This document shows, in pieces, positions 18,238 through 27,434 of a DNA stretch of 53,582 nt. The DNA is from a virus (taxonomy: Duplodnaviria; Caudoviricetes). The position numbers and the translations under genes were made by a program. The stretch is from positions 1 through 53,582 of the IMG/VR virus record IMGVR_UViG_3300044723_010423. One strand, written 5' to 3'. Numbering within the stretch: position 1 is the first letter of the stretch; each line of letters starts with the position of its first letter. Below the pieces are notes generated by a model that had not been told where the DNA came from, did no database searches, and worked only from the letters and a program-made list of their open reading frames with translations.

Positions 18238-18927
18238 ATGCCAAACTGGAGTTATAACACGCTGACCGCATCTGATGAGGTGCTAAAACAAATCGTAGAT
18301 GAAAACGGGGAGATTGACTTTAACACAATTGTTCCCATGCCCAAAGAATTAGAAGGCACAGTTAGTCCTAACAGAGATAGCACCCAAGAAGAAAAAGATA
18401 AATCAGAAAAGTTAATAGAAAAATATGGCAGCAATAACTGGTATGATTGGAGCATTGCTAATTGGGGAACTAAATGGAATGGGGTCTCTGATGAACCGTA
18501 TGAAGACGGCAATGGTTACATATCGTTCAGAACAGCATGGGAGTATCCATCCGAATTTATTGATTCTTTAAGCAGGAAATTCCCAAACGAAGAATTTACA
18601 GTTGAATGGGAAGAAGAGCAAGGTTTCGGGGAAGTGTTCACTATTAAGAATGGAAAAAAAGTAATAAAAGAAGAATGGGATTTACCTGATTGGGGAGAAG
18701 AAGTGGGAATTGGTAGATATATTATTGCGGAATGTATCGGAAATGGTGGTAGAATAGAACCGCATACACCAATGTTTAAATCAGGTAAATGGTATATCGA
18801 TGCAGATGAATGCGAAGAACACGATTCTTTAGATGAGGCCAAGGCACGATGCAAAGTGTTAGAGGAAGAGTGGGAGAAACGAAGAATAGTCCATTCTAAA
18901 ATAGATTACAAGCCTGTTGGTAGCTGA
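18238..18927 (+). CDS. DUF1281/YubB-like protein
   Basis: MPNW, DFNTIVPMP, NWYDWSIANWGTKWN, FRTAW. Confidence 0.75.
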   Translation: MPNWSYNTLTASDEVLKQIVDENGEIDFNTIVPMPKELEGTVSPNRDSTQEEKDKSEKLIEKYGSNNWYDWSIANWGTKWNGVSDEPYEDGNGYISFRTAWEYPSEFIDSLSRKFPNEEFTVEWEEEQGFGEVFTIKNGKKVIKEEWDLPDWGEEVGIGRYIIAECIGNGGRIEPHTPMFKSGKWYIDADECEEHDSLDEAKARCKVLEEEWEKRRIVHSKIDYKPVGS

Positions 18928-18950
18928 ATCAATATACATCAAATAGTAAT

Positions 18951-18980
18951 CAAGCCCTATTTAATATAGGGCTTTTTTTT
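18951..18980 (+). terminator. Intrinsic terminator
   Basis: AAGCCCTAT-ttaat-ATAGGGCTT plus T-run. Confidence 0.8.
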
Positions 18981-19222
18981 GTGCCTAAAAGTGTCTGATT
19001 GTGACCTAAATAACACTTAATACTAAAAGTGTGCAATTGTGGGCTAAATAATCCTTAATAGGACTATTATATAATTGTGAACGAAATACTATATAATAAC
19101 ATATAAATAATTGTGAGCGAAATATACTATAATAACATATAACTATATATCTTAATTATATAATCTTATATAATTTTTTAAAATTATAGAAACAGCACAC
19201 TATAATTATAAAGTATAGAAGT

Positions 19223-19387
19223 ATAAGTGCTTGATAATCAACAGTTTACATTAGTCAAATTATTGCGTAAACCCTTGGTATTAAACGACTTACGCCGTTC
19301 CCCTTCGGGGGAGGCCGTAAACCCCTCATTATCAACGACTTACAACATAATTTGGTTATCGTAAGTCACTCTCTATCAATGACTTAC
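19223..19387. repeat. Cluster of four 27-bp palindromic sites
   Basis: Starts at 19223, 19267, 19317 and 19361; CCCC-TTCG-GGGG hairpin between the second and third. Confidence 0.8.
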
Positions 19388-19522
19388 ATAAACTCATGCA
19401 CTTTATATTAACAAGCATTTTGCAAGTATAATTATACATACGTTGAGAGTATAAATATAAGTATAAATATATTTTATTATACTCATATAACTATAGGCAC
19501 AGACTATACTTTAAAACTATAC

Positions 19523-19552
19523 AAAAAAAGCCACCCTTTCGGGTGACTTTTA
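19523..19552 (-). terminator. Intrinsic terminator, possibly bidirectional
   Basis: AAAAGCCACCC-tttc-GGGTGACTTTT. Confidence 0.7.
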
Positions 19553-19573
19553 TGCTTGACTTTTTATCGTTTC

Positions 19574-20530
19574 TTAAGCGAGAAGTTCAGCCAGTGGTTT
19601 TTGCGCTCTTAACCCATCTGAAAGGTCTTTGAAAAACGGCGTTACCTTTTCTTGCAAGCGGTGAGCAAGATCGATTTTACCGTTTTCTTGTTCAACAGTG
19701 TGAGTGATGTGCTCTGTCGTTGCGTTGTAGAGATCCCACAAAGTATGTTCAGAACGATCTCGACGATCTGTATCAAACTCTGAAACCCAGAATCGGTCCC
19801 TGATCCCGTCGAAGTGATTATTTTTGCGCTGCTTCTCAGGGTTACCAACAGGTAAACTTTTGATGATGCTTTCAAGTTGCGCTTTGGTGATGACTTGAGA
19901 ATCCATATTTCGATAGATCTCAAGGTCTTTGCCGTAATCTTCCCATAATGCGTCAAATTGCTGATCAATGATCAAATTATCAAAATCTTCGCCAAAGTTT
20001 CCGCCCGTGTGTTTCTTTGAGAAACTGACAGAATCATTGAATCCGATCATACCATTTGAGCATACGAAACGATACGCGCCCATTTGCATCGACTCATTCT
20101 TTTTGCCGTTGATACTGTTTGCTGTATCAAGACAAATTCCGATCTCATCTTTTCTTCCGTTGCCCACATTTTCTTTGGTGGGAATAAAGTATCTTGCTCT
20201 TATTTGCCCACCATCTACATCTGTGAAAATTTCACGATGTGGTATCTCATTTTTTTCCTCTTTAGTCACATCTGGACCCCAAGCGAAATCATTGTATCCT
20301 CGCTTTGCAAGGTTTTTCTCTATTTTACCGAGAAAATCTTCATGCTTCAACAATCCGTATCTGTCAGATCCCCAGTAGAGGGTTTTATTATTCAGCTGAT
20401 TGTAAACCTCAAAGAGGTTTGATGTGGTTTGCGAACCATCACGCCTGATGATGGTGGAGCCAGTCTCAATGCCGACAGGAAAAAAAACTTTGTTGTCGAG
20501 GTCGGATTCGTTGCGGATTAGTTTTAACAT
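19574..20530 (-). CDS. DUF932/DUF945-like protein
   Basis: YGLLKHED, ANSING, GAYRFVCSNGMI, TLWDLYNATTE. Confidence 0.8.
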   Translation of the reverse strand: MLKLIRNESDLDNKVFFPVGIETGSTIIRRDGSQTTSNLFEVYNQLNNKTLYWGSDRYGLLKHEDFLGKIEKNLAKRGYNDFAWGPDVTKEEKNEIPHREIFTDVDGGQIRARYFIPTKENVGNGRKDEIGICLDTANSINGKKNESMQMGAYRFVCSNGMIGFNDSVSFSKKHTGGNFGEDFDNLIIDQQFDALWEDYGKDLEIYRNMDSQVITKAQLESIIKSLPVGNPEKQRKNNHFDGIRDRFWVSEFDTDRRDRSEHTLWDLYNATTEHITHTVEQENGKIDLAHRLQEKVTPFFKDLSDGLRAQKPLAELLA

Positions 20531-20614
20531 ATATTTATTTCTTTCTGTTTTATGAGGTTATTGTCTACGTTAAGAAGTTTAGTTTAAAAATACTATTTTG
20601 TCAAATTTATTTTT

Positions 20615-20800
20615 TCATATTACCCAACCGCGAGCATCAAGATATGATTTTTCTTCAGGCCAAATTTTTGCGCTGCCTTGGTGGATTGTCGCGCCATTTA
20701 TTTTGCGGGCTATTTCAACGGCCCATTTGTAGTCGCACACGCGAGGGCCAAAAGTAAGTCTTTTTTCCCCGTTCACTCTTAATTCTAACTTATCTTCCAT
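20615..20800 (-). CDS. Hypothetical protein
   Basis: 61-aa ORF in the minus-strand early cluster. Confidence 0.55.
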   Translation of the reverse strand: MEDKLELRVNGEKRLTFGPRVCDYKWAVEIARKINGATIHQGSAKIWPEEKSYLDARGWVI

Positions 20801-20875
20801 AAATGTATATTAAAATACCTAGATAGATAAAACAAGAATAAAATACAATTATTTTAAAAAAAAGAAAAGTTTTAA

Positions 20876-21143
20876 TAAGCTTGACAAATTGCGGGTATTT
20901 GTGGTAAAATCCCCGGCCTTCATAACCTGTTGATTTTAAAGGGTTTATGTAGTAAAATAATAAGCTTGACAAGAAGGGGGTGCCTGTAGTAAAATCTCCG
21001 GCCTCCGTAAGGCTATGCCTATCAACAGTTTATGTTGATAAAAAACTTCTGCAAACTCTTGATAATGAACCGCTTACGCGGCCCGCCCTTCGGGGGGAGG
21101 CGGTAAGTCGTTGCTTACCAAAGGTTTAGGGGCCGAAGCCCCC
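20876..21143 (+). repeat. Promoter/palindrome cassette, copy A
   Basis: Two TTGACA-N18-TAAAAT elements, four 27-bp palindromes, two GC hairpins; near-identical to copies B and C. Confidence 0.85.
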
Positions 21144-21165
21144 ATCAAGAATTTTGTTCTTGACA

Positions 21166-21396
21166 TTACCAGCGCGGGATCGGGATATTTTCCCCAGTAT
21201 TATTACAGTGAATATGCGACAGGAGATTCGCCTTGTTGAATCTGCGAGTGCCAGACACCTGCCCTTCCTGCTTATACTTATAAGCAATGAAGTGATAACG
21301 GTGATTTTCAATCGGTGCGGAAGTGACATAGGTGTCAATCTTTCCGTTTTCAGATTGATAGATGAAGGTGAATTTTTGGTTTTCGATTTTATTCAT
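21166..21396 (-). CDS. Hypothetical protein, paralogue of 26834-27034
   Basis: QKFTF.Y...TYVTSAPIE.H..HFIAYKY...RRFNKAN. Confidence 0.75.
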   Translation of the reverse strand: MNKIENQKFTFIYQSENGKIDTYVTSAPIENHRYHFIAYKYKQEGQVSGTRRFNKANLLSHIHCNNTGENIPIPRW

Positions 21397-21453
21397 AATA
21401 TATTTCTAGTGTTGTTGTTGGTGTTATTGTATCAGGTGGGGTAGGACATTTAC

Positions 21454-21618
21454 TCAGCTCGCGTGGGTAGGTGACTCATGTGTTACAAACAATTTAAGTG
21501 TTCTTCCGTCATCTTGTAGGCTTAATTTAACGCTTGCTAAATTCGTCATGACGATGGCCCGACCGGTTTCATCGATAATTTCTACGCGTGTTACTTTTTC
21601 TGTCTTGTTATTGTTCAT
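21454..21618 (-). CDS. Hypothetical protein, paralogue of 25688-25870
   Basis: NNKTEKVTRVEIIDE...LASVKLSLQDDGRTLKLFVT. Confidence 0.75.
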   Translation of the reverse strand: MNNNKTEKVTRVEIIDETGRAIVMTNLASVKLSLQDDGRTLKLFVTHESPTHAS

Positions 21619-21676
21619 GATATTATCATAGCACAAAGGGTAGGACAAAGACTGTCTTACCCCTAAAAAAGTGTGA

Positions 21677-21877
21677 TTATTTTTTGCTCTTCCAAACCAA
21701 AGACAGGATGCCCGTCTTTTGGTTTTTCAGATACACATTGGACCGCTTCGTTTGAGCGAAGTCGATAGCAGCACAGAGGCCGCCTGATTCGCGGTCGATG
21801 GGAAACTCGACCTGCTCGCACAGGCAGAAAGCGTTCGCGAAGTTGATAGGAACCATGTAGACCTTGTGATTTTTCAT
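21677..21877 (-). CDS. Hypothetical protein
   Basis: Start moved to MKNHK; the track's N-terminal extension is repeat-derived. Confidence 0.55.
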   Translation of the reverse strand: MKNHKVYMVPINFANAFCLCEQVEFPIDRESGGLCAAIDFAQTKRSNVYLKNQKTGILSLVWKSKK

Positions 21878-21897
21878 AGGATTATGGTAGCATGAAG

Positions 21898-22220
21898 GGT
21901 GGGACAAAGACTGTCTTACCCCAAAAAAACTTGAAAAAGTTTTTTTTGAGTATGAGCTTGACAGCATGCATGTTTTAGTGGTAAAATCCCCGGCCTCCGT
22001 AACCTGTTGGTTTTAAATGATTTATGCAGGAAAATTATAAGCTTGACAAGGAGGGGGTATTTGCAGTAAAATACCCGGCCTTCGTAAGGCCATGCCTATC
22101 AACAGTTTACGTTGATAAAAACCCTCTGTAAACTCTTGATGACGAACCGCTTACGCGGCCCGCCCTTCGGGGGGAGGCGGTAAGTCGTTGCTTACTAAAG
22201 GTTTAGGGGCCGAAGCCCCC
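21898..22220 (+). repeat. Promoter/palindrome cassette, copy B
   Basis: Same layout as copy A; the 5' part is shared with copy C. Confidence 0.85.
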
Positions 22221-22276
22221 GTTAAAAGCGCATTAATTAAAGCAACTTGCGAGTTCCTCCCAGTGTCTCAGCTCTA

Positions 22277-22543
22277 TTATGAGTAAAGTTCAGAAACATC
22301 GATCAATTTGAAGTCCTCGAAATTCTGACCGCAGTCTTTCCATACCATCTGGAAAAGCTCAGCAACTTCTTCGGTTTCATACATCGCCTCTTTTCGGTCA
22401 GTAGTCCAATAAATTTTATTGATCCCCTGATTTGCAGAATTAGGGTAATGGATTTTGCGGGTGCGTGATGAGTAGTGCCACACGCCATCTTTTTTGCCAG
22501 CTAAAATGAATTTGTTATTGCTTCGTGATAATGTCTCTCTCAT
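22277..22543 (-). CDS. Hypothetical protein
   Basis: TTGAGC-N16-TATATT-N6-ATG promoter. Confidence 0.7.
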   Translation of the reverse strand: MRETLSRSNNKFILAGKKDGVWHYSSRTRKIHYPNSANQGINKIYWTTDRKEAMYETEEVAELFQMVWKDCGQNFEDFKLIDVSELYS

Positions 22544-22601
22544 GGTTTAAATATAACAGATTTTGAGGTTGGCTCAAGAAAAAGTTTAAATTATTTTTGT
22601 T

Positions 22602-22823
22602 TTATTCTTGGGTATTATCTATTGATGCATTGAGGAAAATAGAAGTATTATCTTCTATTGTTTTGATAATATAATCTTGCTCTAAAATTTGCGCTTGCAA
22701 GTATTGCTTACGCTCTTCTGAGAGCGCCTTTTTCAACTCGTCCTCAATAAGCATTTTGTGCCTTGAGGCTGAGCTGATGATACCGAAGTAAAGGGACATA
22801 TTGAAATCTTTTGTTGCTTTCAT
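22602..22823 (-). CDS. Hypothetical protein
   Basis: TTGCAA-N16-TATATT-N6-ATG promoter. Confidence 0.7.
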   Translation of the reverse strand: MKATKDFNMSLYFGIISSASRHKMLIEDELKKALSEERKQYLQAQILEQDYIIKTIEDNTSIFLNASIDNTQE

Positions 22824-22984
22824 GGTTCTAATATAGTCTATTTAGAGGTTATTGCAAGAAAAAGTTTAATTAAAGCTTCATTAGATTGAAAAAAGATTTA
22901 ATACAATAAGCTTGACAAGAAGGGGGTGTCTGGAGTAAAATTTATGCCCTCTTACATAAGTTGTTTATTTTTAAAGGGTTACAT

Positions 22985-23011
22985 AAAAAAGACCCCTCCT
23001 TCAGGAGGGGC
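22985..23011 (-). terminator. Intrinsic terminator
   Basis: CCCCTCCT-tc-AGGAGGGG preceded by an A-run on +. Confidence 0.7.
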
Positions 23012-23034
23012 CACTAGAACTATAACCTTTAGAT

Positions 23035-24039
23035 TTACCCAGTAAAATCATGCACAGCAGTAAAAAGATTTGTCCATTTTTCTCTTTCGTAAATTACTCT
23101 TTTTGAGCTGCCAAATTTATTAAGGGCTGTTAGACGCCATGAATCAATCCCTTTCCCAGTTTCGCGGGGAATTCGACCTGTAGGCATATAATACTTTCCT
23201 TTTTTAAATGCTTCTTTTAGTCTTTGTTTATTGTATTTATATTCTATTTTTCGTAAGAATCTCAACATTCCTTCCCAAGCTCTTTTTTGAGGTTTAGAAT
23301 ATGTGAATGCATTAGTCCCAAACACGCAAAATAAAACATCAGCAGCATCTTTAAATATTCTGCGTGATAATACATTAAGATCTTCATTATTCTCAAGGGC
23401 TATATCTTGAAGAATATTTCCTCCTTCATGTTGAACGTATTTTTCAAATATTTTATGCAAAGCAGCAACATGGTTACCAAAGTTTATATCAGACTTGTTC
23501 TTTTTCTTTTGAGGTTTATAGCCTTTTCTTTCTATTAAATCATAAACAAATTTAACATTGTCTTCATCATTTTTGCTTCTTGCATCTATGACAGAATCTA
23601 GTCGGTTCATTTTTGCCCAAAATTCTCCATCTACATCTAGAGATTTAACATTTCGGGAATTATTAGCCATTAGGAAGTTATCCACGGGAGCGAACGAATT
23701 AGTGACGATACAGCAAATTTCATTGCCAATTTGAGAAAACGCACTAGCTCTATGTTGACCGTCTACAATTTGATAATAATATTTACCTTTATGTTTAATT
23801 TCAGCAACATTGATATAACCTAGATCATTATGCCATGCATTTTTAATTCTATTGACGCGAGGATGGTCAATATCACGTTGGTACAAACCTATTGCAAGAT
23901 TTTTAATAGGAATTGTCGCAACTTTCAACCATCCAGCTTTTGTTTTTGCAATTGGCTTGTCTAAAGTCTCGCCAAGGATACCATATTCTTTCACGGCAAC
24001 ATGATCTTTTTTAGGATTGAATTTGAATTTAACTGTCAT
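23035..24039 (-). CDS. DGQHR/ParB-like domain protein
   Basis: YQRDID...YQIVDGQHR...F..N. Confidence 0.7.
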   Translation of the reverse strand: MTVKFKFNPKKDHVAVKEYGILGETLDKPIAKTKAGWLKVATIPIKNLAIGLYQRDIDHPRVNRIKNAWHNDLGYINVAEIKHKGKYYYQIVDGQHRASAFSQIGNEICCIVTNSFAPVDNFLMANNSRNVKSLDVDGEFWAKMNRLDSVIDARSKNDEDNVKFVYDLIERKGYKPQKKKNKSDINFGNHVAALHKIFEKYVQHEGGNILQDIALENNEDLNVLSRRIFKDAADVLFCVFGTNAFTYSKPQKRAWEGMLRFLRKIEYKYNKQRLKEAFKKGKYYMPTGRIPRETGKGIDSWRLTALNKFGSSKRVIYEREKWTNLFTAVHDFTG

Positions 24040-24235
24040 ATTTTATTATTTCTTTTAGGTTTTTAGGTTTTTAGGTTTATTACCTTCATTAGCAACATAA
24101 ATAAGATAACACAAAAACCATTATAAACAAGATCTTTTTCAAAAAAAGATATTTAAAAAATGCCATTGACAGAGATTGATATTTTATAGTAAAATCCCCG
24201 GCCTGCGTAAGCTTCTGCTAGCCAAGAGTTTATAC

Positions 24236-24263
24236 AAAAAAACCCCCTCCCGAAGGAGGGGGT
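24236..24263 (-). terminator. Intrinsic terminator
   Basis: ACCCCCTCC-cgaa-GGAGGGGGT (UUCG loop on minus) plus A-run on +. Confidence 0.75.
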
Positions 24264-24416
24264 GTACCCAAACAACAACAGATAATAAACACAAACAACT
24301 AACAAGGGGGAAAGTGTGTCGGCTTTTATGTAGTTACCGACAAGGTGATGAAAATAACCAGTGTCTGAAAACGCCGCTACATTACCTTAAAATTTATTCT
24401 CTGTGTCATTCTCATC

Positions 24417-24635
24417 TCACCGACCTTCATTCCAATCGCGAGAATTTAGATCCTCCCCGTCTCCATCCTCATCCCCGAGAAACTGTAGTTGATTGTAGTT
24501 AAAATCAATCTCCCATCCGTCCCCGTATGCAACGGCGAAGGATTTTTTAGTGTTAACTTCGATCTCGTCCCCAGCTTGGAGATCTGATTCTTCCCGTTGC
24601 GCCTGTGTCATTGTGATGATTTTTACGAGTGTCAT
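24417..24635 (-). CDS. Hypothetical protein
   Basis: Start moved to MTLVK, just downstream of the hydrolase. Confidence 0.55.
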   Translation of the reverse strand: MTLVKIITMTQAQREESDLQAGDEIEVNTKKSFAVAYGDGWEIDFNYNQLQFLGDEDGDGEDLNSRDWNEGR

Positions 24636-24645
24636 ATTTTCTATT

Positions 24646-25086
24646 TCACAGTTTGTAAAAAGCATGTTGACCGATTACCTTAACAGGCTTTTGACCTTTT
24701 GCCCAGTATGGACGTTTCTTCATCCATGTTGCATGATAGTGATTGCTGTAACCAACCAAAGCACGATTCATTGAGTTAACATTCTTCGCAAAGTATATTG
24801 CCATCTTCGCCTGTGGTAAGTCAAGCAAGTATTCAAGATCTTTTAAACTTTTGCCATTCCAGCATGAAAACTGCCATTTGGCTAAACAGACTTGTTTTGC
24901 TGTTTGTTTTCTTTCGATTGCTCGTTGTTGAATAACGGCACAAACCGCGCCCATTCCATCGTTGCCCTCTCCTCTTGCTTCTGCAAGAAGCGTGATTGCC
25001 ACAATTTTTTGTTCATTTGTAATTGATGACGCCAGTGCCGAGATTGATTGGGATAGAATAAGGACATAAAGTAATATTGCTTTCAT
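24646..25086 (-). CDS. SleB/Hydrolase_2 cell-wall hydrolase with signal peptide
   Basis: TLLAEARGEG, QFSCWN, NHYHA, PYWAK, IGQHAFY; leaderless promoter. Confidence 0.88.
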   Translation of the reverse strand: MKAILLYVLILSQSISALASSITNEQKIVAITLLAEARGEGNDGMGAVCAVIQQRAIERKQTAKQVCLAKWQFSCWNGKSLKDLEYLLDLPQAKMAIYFAKNVNSMNRALVGYSNHYHATWMKKRPYWAKGQKPVKVIGQHAFYKL

Positions 25087-25134
25087 ACGTATAAGATAAC
25101 AGATTAAAGTCGATTGTCAAGTTATTAGGTGTTT

Positions 25135-25300
25135 TACTCCTCAATTCAACCCAGTCAAGTGGTAAGCTCCTACCGCCTAGTTTTAGAGGTTAATTCCTTC
25201 GAGTCGGTAACTCCACTTCGTGGCGATGCGATCCTCAACACGGTCTCCAGCGCACTTACCTACTGGTTTGTTTTTTAGACTGGGCTGAACTGAAAAGTAT
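25135..25300 (-). ncRNA. Candidate ~165-nt structured ncRNA
   Basis: TTGACA-N16-TAAATT promoter with no ATG at the usual position; 22-bp terminal stem with 4 G.U pairs on the minus strand. Confidence 0.6.
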
Positions 25301-25335
25301 GGTTTTAATTTACCAGATTAAAAGAGTTTGTCAAA

Positions 25336-25626
25336 TTATATTTCTCGCATTGCTGTCGCATATATCGGATCTCCAACATGGCGAACCCCCATAACTTCCC
25401 AAGGCGCACAATAACTTGAGATGTCATCTTCAAAACAGTAGTAATCATGCTGCCTGTCTTGCCAGTTATACATATAGATATATGTTTTGCCGTTCCATGT
25501 GGAAGGGACTTCATCGCCATCACAGGCGACACAATAAGCTGCATTTTTATATGGTGCGGAAAAACTTTTGCCGTTTGGCATGGTGTAGGTGACGATTCCG
25601 GTTTCAGTATCCTTGTTAACTTTCAT
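25336..25626 (-). CDS. Hypothetical protein
   Basis: TTGCAT-N16-TAAATT-N6-ATG promoter. Confidence 0.7.
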   Translation of the reverse strand: MKVNKDTETGIVTYTMPNGKSFSAPYKNAAYCVACDGDEVPSTWNGKTYIYMYNWQDRQHDYYCFEDDISSYCAPWEVMGVRHVGDPIYATAMREI

Positions 25627-25687
25627 GATATAAATTTAACAGTTTTTCAGGATAATGCAAGCGTTTTTTTGATTTATTAATACCTTT

Positions 25688-25870
25688 TCAGCGTACCTTC
25701 GCGGTATTAAATGCCTTAGGTGTTACAAACAATTTGAGTGTTCTTCCGTCATCTTGTAGGCTTAATTTAACGCTTGCTAAATCCCTCATGAGGAAAGCTC
25801 GGCCATTTTCATCGATGATTTCCACGCGTGTTACTTTTTCTGTCTTGTTATTCTCAATCATATCTCTCAT
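25688..25870 (-). CDS. Hypothetical protein, paralogue of 21454-21618
   Basis: High nucleotide and protein identity to that copy. Confidence 0.75.
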   Translation of the reverse strand: MRDMIENNKTEKVTRVEIIDENGRAFLMRDLASVKLSLQDDGRTLKLFVTPKAFNTAKVR

Positions 25871-25903
25871 ATCTTGTTAATATTATGTCAGTTTTTGAGG
25901 TTA

Positions 25904-26041
25904 TTACAAGGAAAAAGAATGATTATTTTTGCCCATCTCCCAAGCTCTTAGGCCGTCTAAGTATTTGCGTGAGGCCTTGTCTCTTGCGGATTTTTTAGCT
26001 GCGGCTCGTGCTAGGAATTGTTTGAATTCTTTATCTTTCAT
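25904..26041 (-). CDS. Small hypothetical protein
   Basis: Start MKDKEF after TTGTGC-N16-CATACT-N6. Confidence 0.6.
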   Translation of the reverse strand: MKDKEFKQFLARAAAKKSARDKASRKYLDGLRAWEMGKNNHSFSL

Positions 26042-26143
26042 ACTTATAGTATGACAGTTTTTCAGGATAGCACAAGCAAAAAGAATGATTATTTTAAAAA
26101 AGATTTTTGTTGCTTTGTTGTGTTGTTGTTGTATTATTTCAGT

Positions 26144-26497
26144 ATGAAAGTCAAAGTCTACTTCAATCTCCATCGCAAACTGTTTTCTGTGGTCGATGTC
26201 AAGACGGGAAAAGTCATAGGTCATTCTCTCGGCTTGTCACTCAACGATCCTGAGTTCAGGGTCCAGCAAGGCGGCAGGCGGCGAGTCCTGCGGGAGCAAA
26301 GAAAAAATGTTCATGCTTATATAATTGGGGAGCAGGATCTTTCCTATTCTATACCCAGTGAAGCTATAGAGACAACATACAACCCTTACAAGTATAATTC
26401 ATTTGTGTTAAAGCATAATGAACAACCACTTACAAAAGCTTATAAAACTTTTTTAAAAGTAAAAAATAATAAAGGTTATATTTATACTATACTATAA
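26144..26497 (+). CDS. Phage hypothetical protein
   Basis: MKVKVYFNLHRKLFSV...RKNVHAY...YNPYKY; leaderless promoter. Confidence 0.75.
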   Translation: MKVKVYFNLHRKLFSVVDVKTGKVIGHSLGLSLNDPEFRVQQGGRRRVLREQRKNVHAYIIGEQDLSYSIPSEAIETTYNPYKYNSFVLKHNEQPLTKAYKTFLKVKNNKGYIYTIL

Positions 26498-26539
26498 TTA
26501 TATAAAAGATTTTTATCTGCTCGCAGTCCGCAAGCATCC

Positions 26540-26652
26540 GTAACTCGTTGATTATCAAGGGGTTACGAGCTCCGGCCCGCGTAAGTCGTTGATATTCAAG
26601 GGCTTACATCATTTTCTTTTCATGCGTAAGTCTTTGGCGCAGAAGGGTTTAC
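26540..26652. repeat. Cluster of three 27-bp palindromic sites
   Basis: Starts at 26540, 26581 (GTAAGTCGTTGATATTCAAGGGCTTAC) and 26626. Confidence 0.8.
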
Positions 26653-26796
26653 TTAACTATACATATAACTATAAATTCTATTATATATAATTATATAATA
26701 AATTAATTTTAAAAAAAGATTTAAAAAAGCTTGCGCTCGTTTTGAACTTTTAGTATTATGGTAAGTGGACCCCTGATGACGCGGATATGCAGGCAC

Positions 26797-26822
26797 AAAA
26801 AAAAGAGGGCCGAAGCCCTCTT
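26797..26822 (-). terminator. Intrinsic terminator
   Basis: AAGAGGGC-cgaa-GCCCTCTT plus A-run on +. Confidence 0.75.
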
Positions 26823-26833
26823 GTTGTCAAGCT

Positions 26834-27034
26834 TTATTTTACAGCTTGAATCGGTGTTAAGACATTTGCCTTGTTGAATCTTCGCACTCCGCAAGATTCA
26901 CCTCGTTGATACTTATAAGCGATGAAGTGGCAAGGGTGATCTTCGATTGGGGCAGAAGTAACATATGTTGCAACTTCGTTGTCTTTGTCTTTGCGGTAAG
27001 TGAATGTGAACTTTTGAACAGGGAATTTTGTCAT
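26834..27034 (-). CDS. Hypothetical protein, paralogue of 21166-21396
   Basis: Shared motifs. Confidence 0.75.
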   Translation of the reverse strand: MTKFPVQKFTFTYRKDKDNEVATYVTSAPIEDHPCHFIAYKYQRGESCGVRRFNKANVLTPIQAVK

Positions 27035-27035
27035 A

Positions 27036-27221
27036 TTATAATGTGCTTTCTATTTTGTTGATTAATGATTCGATTTTGTTAATTTTGTTTTTGTAAAGCT
27101 CTATCAAACCGGGATTCGAGAACATCTTCACATCTCCTTCGAGCTTGCAGTTGTAGTCCTGCAAGGCGTGTCGGACTTCGCATTTTTCGGTGAATGTAAG
27201 GGGTTGATCTTTAATTTCCAT
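27036..27221 (-). CDS. Hypothetical protein
   Basis: TTTACA-N17-CATAAT-N6-ATG. Confidence 0.65.
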   Translation of the reverse strand: MEIKDQPLTFTEKCEVRHALQDYNCKLEGDVKMFSNPGLIELYKNKINKIESLINKIESTL

Positions 27222-27270
27222 GAGAATATTATGGTCTATATTTAAAAGATTGTAAAGAATTATTTTTCAA

Positions 27271-27414
27271 TTAATCGCATTCTTGACACATGAAACCAGA
27301 GATGTCGATCCATTCATTTGCTTCATCGCGAGTTATTCGCAAGTCTTGAGCGCAGCCACAGCAAGAAACCAAAAGGGTCTCATCGTTTTTTATTATCATA
27401 TCTTGATTGTTCAT
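27271..27414 (-). CDS. Small Cys-rich protein
   Basis: Start MNNQD; CCGC...CQEC. Confidence 0.55.
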   Translation of the reverse strand: MNNQDMIIKNDETLLVSCCGCAQDLRITRDEANEWIDISGFMCQECD

Positions 27415-27434
27415 GATATTATCATACCAGACAC

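Noticed and set aside
19642-20422. Alternative-frame ORFs in the DUF932-like gene, and similar nested or antisense ORFs at 2099-2416, 4103-4461, 18252-18854, 30542-35379, 43984-44990 and 51116-53139
   Set aside because: They overlap well-supported genes and have no motifs or expression signals of their own.
21878-21967. Shared MLSSSYSKK N-termini of ORFs 21677-21967 and 27271-27504
   Set aside because: These are translations of the repeated non-coding cassette; the likelier starts are 21877 and 27414.
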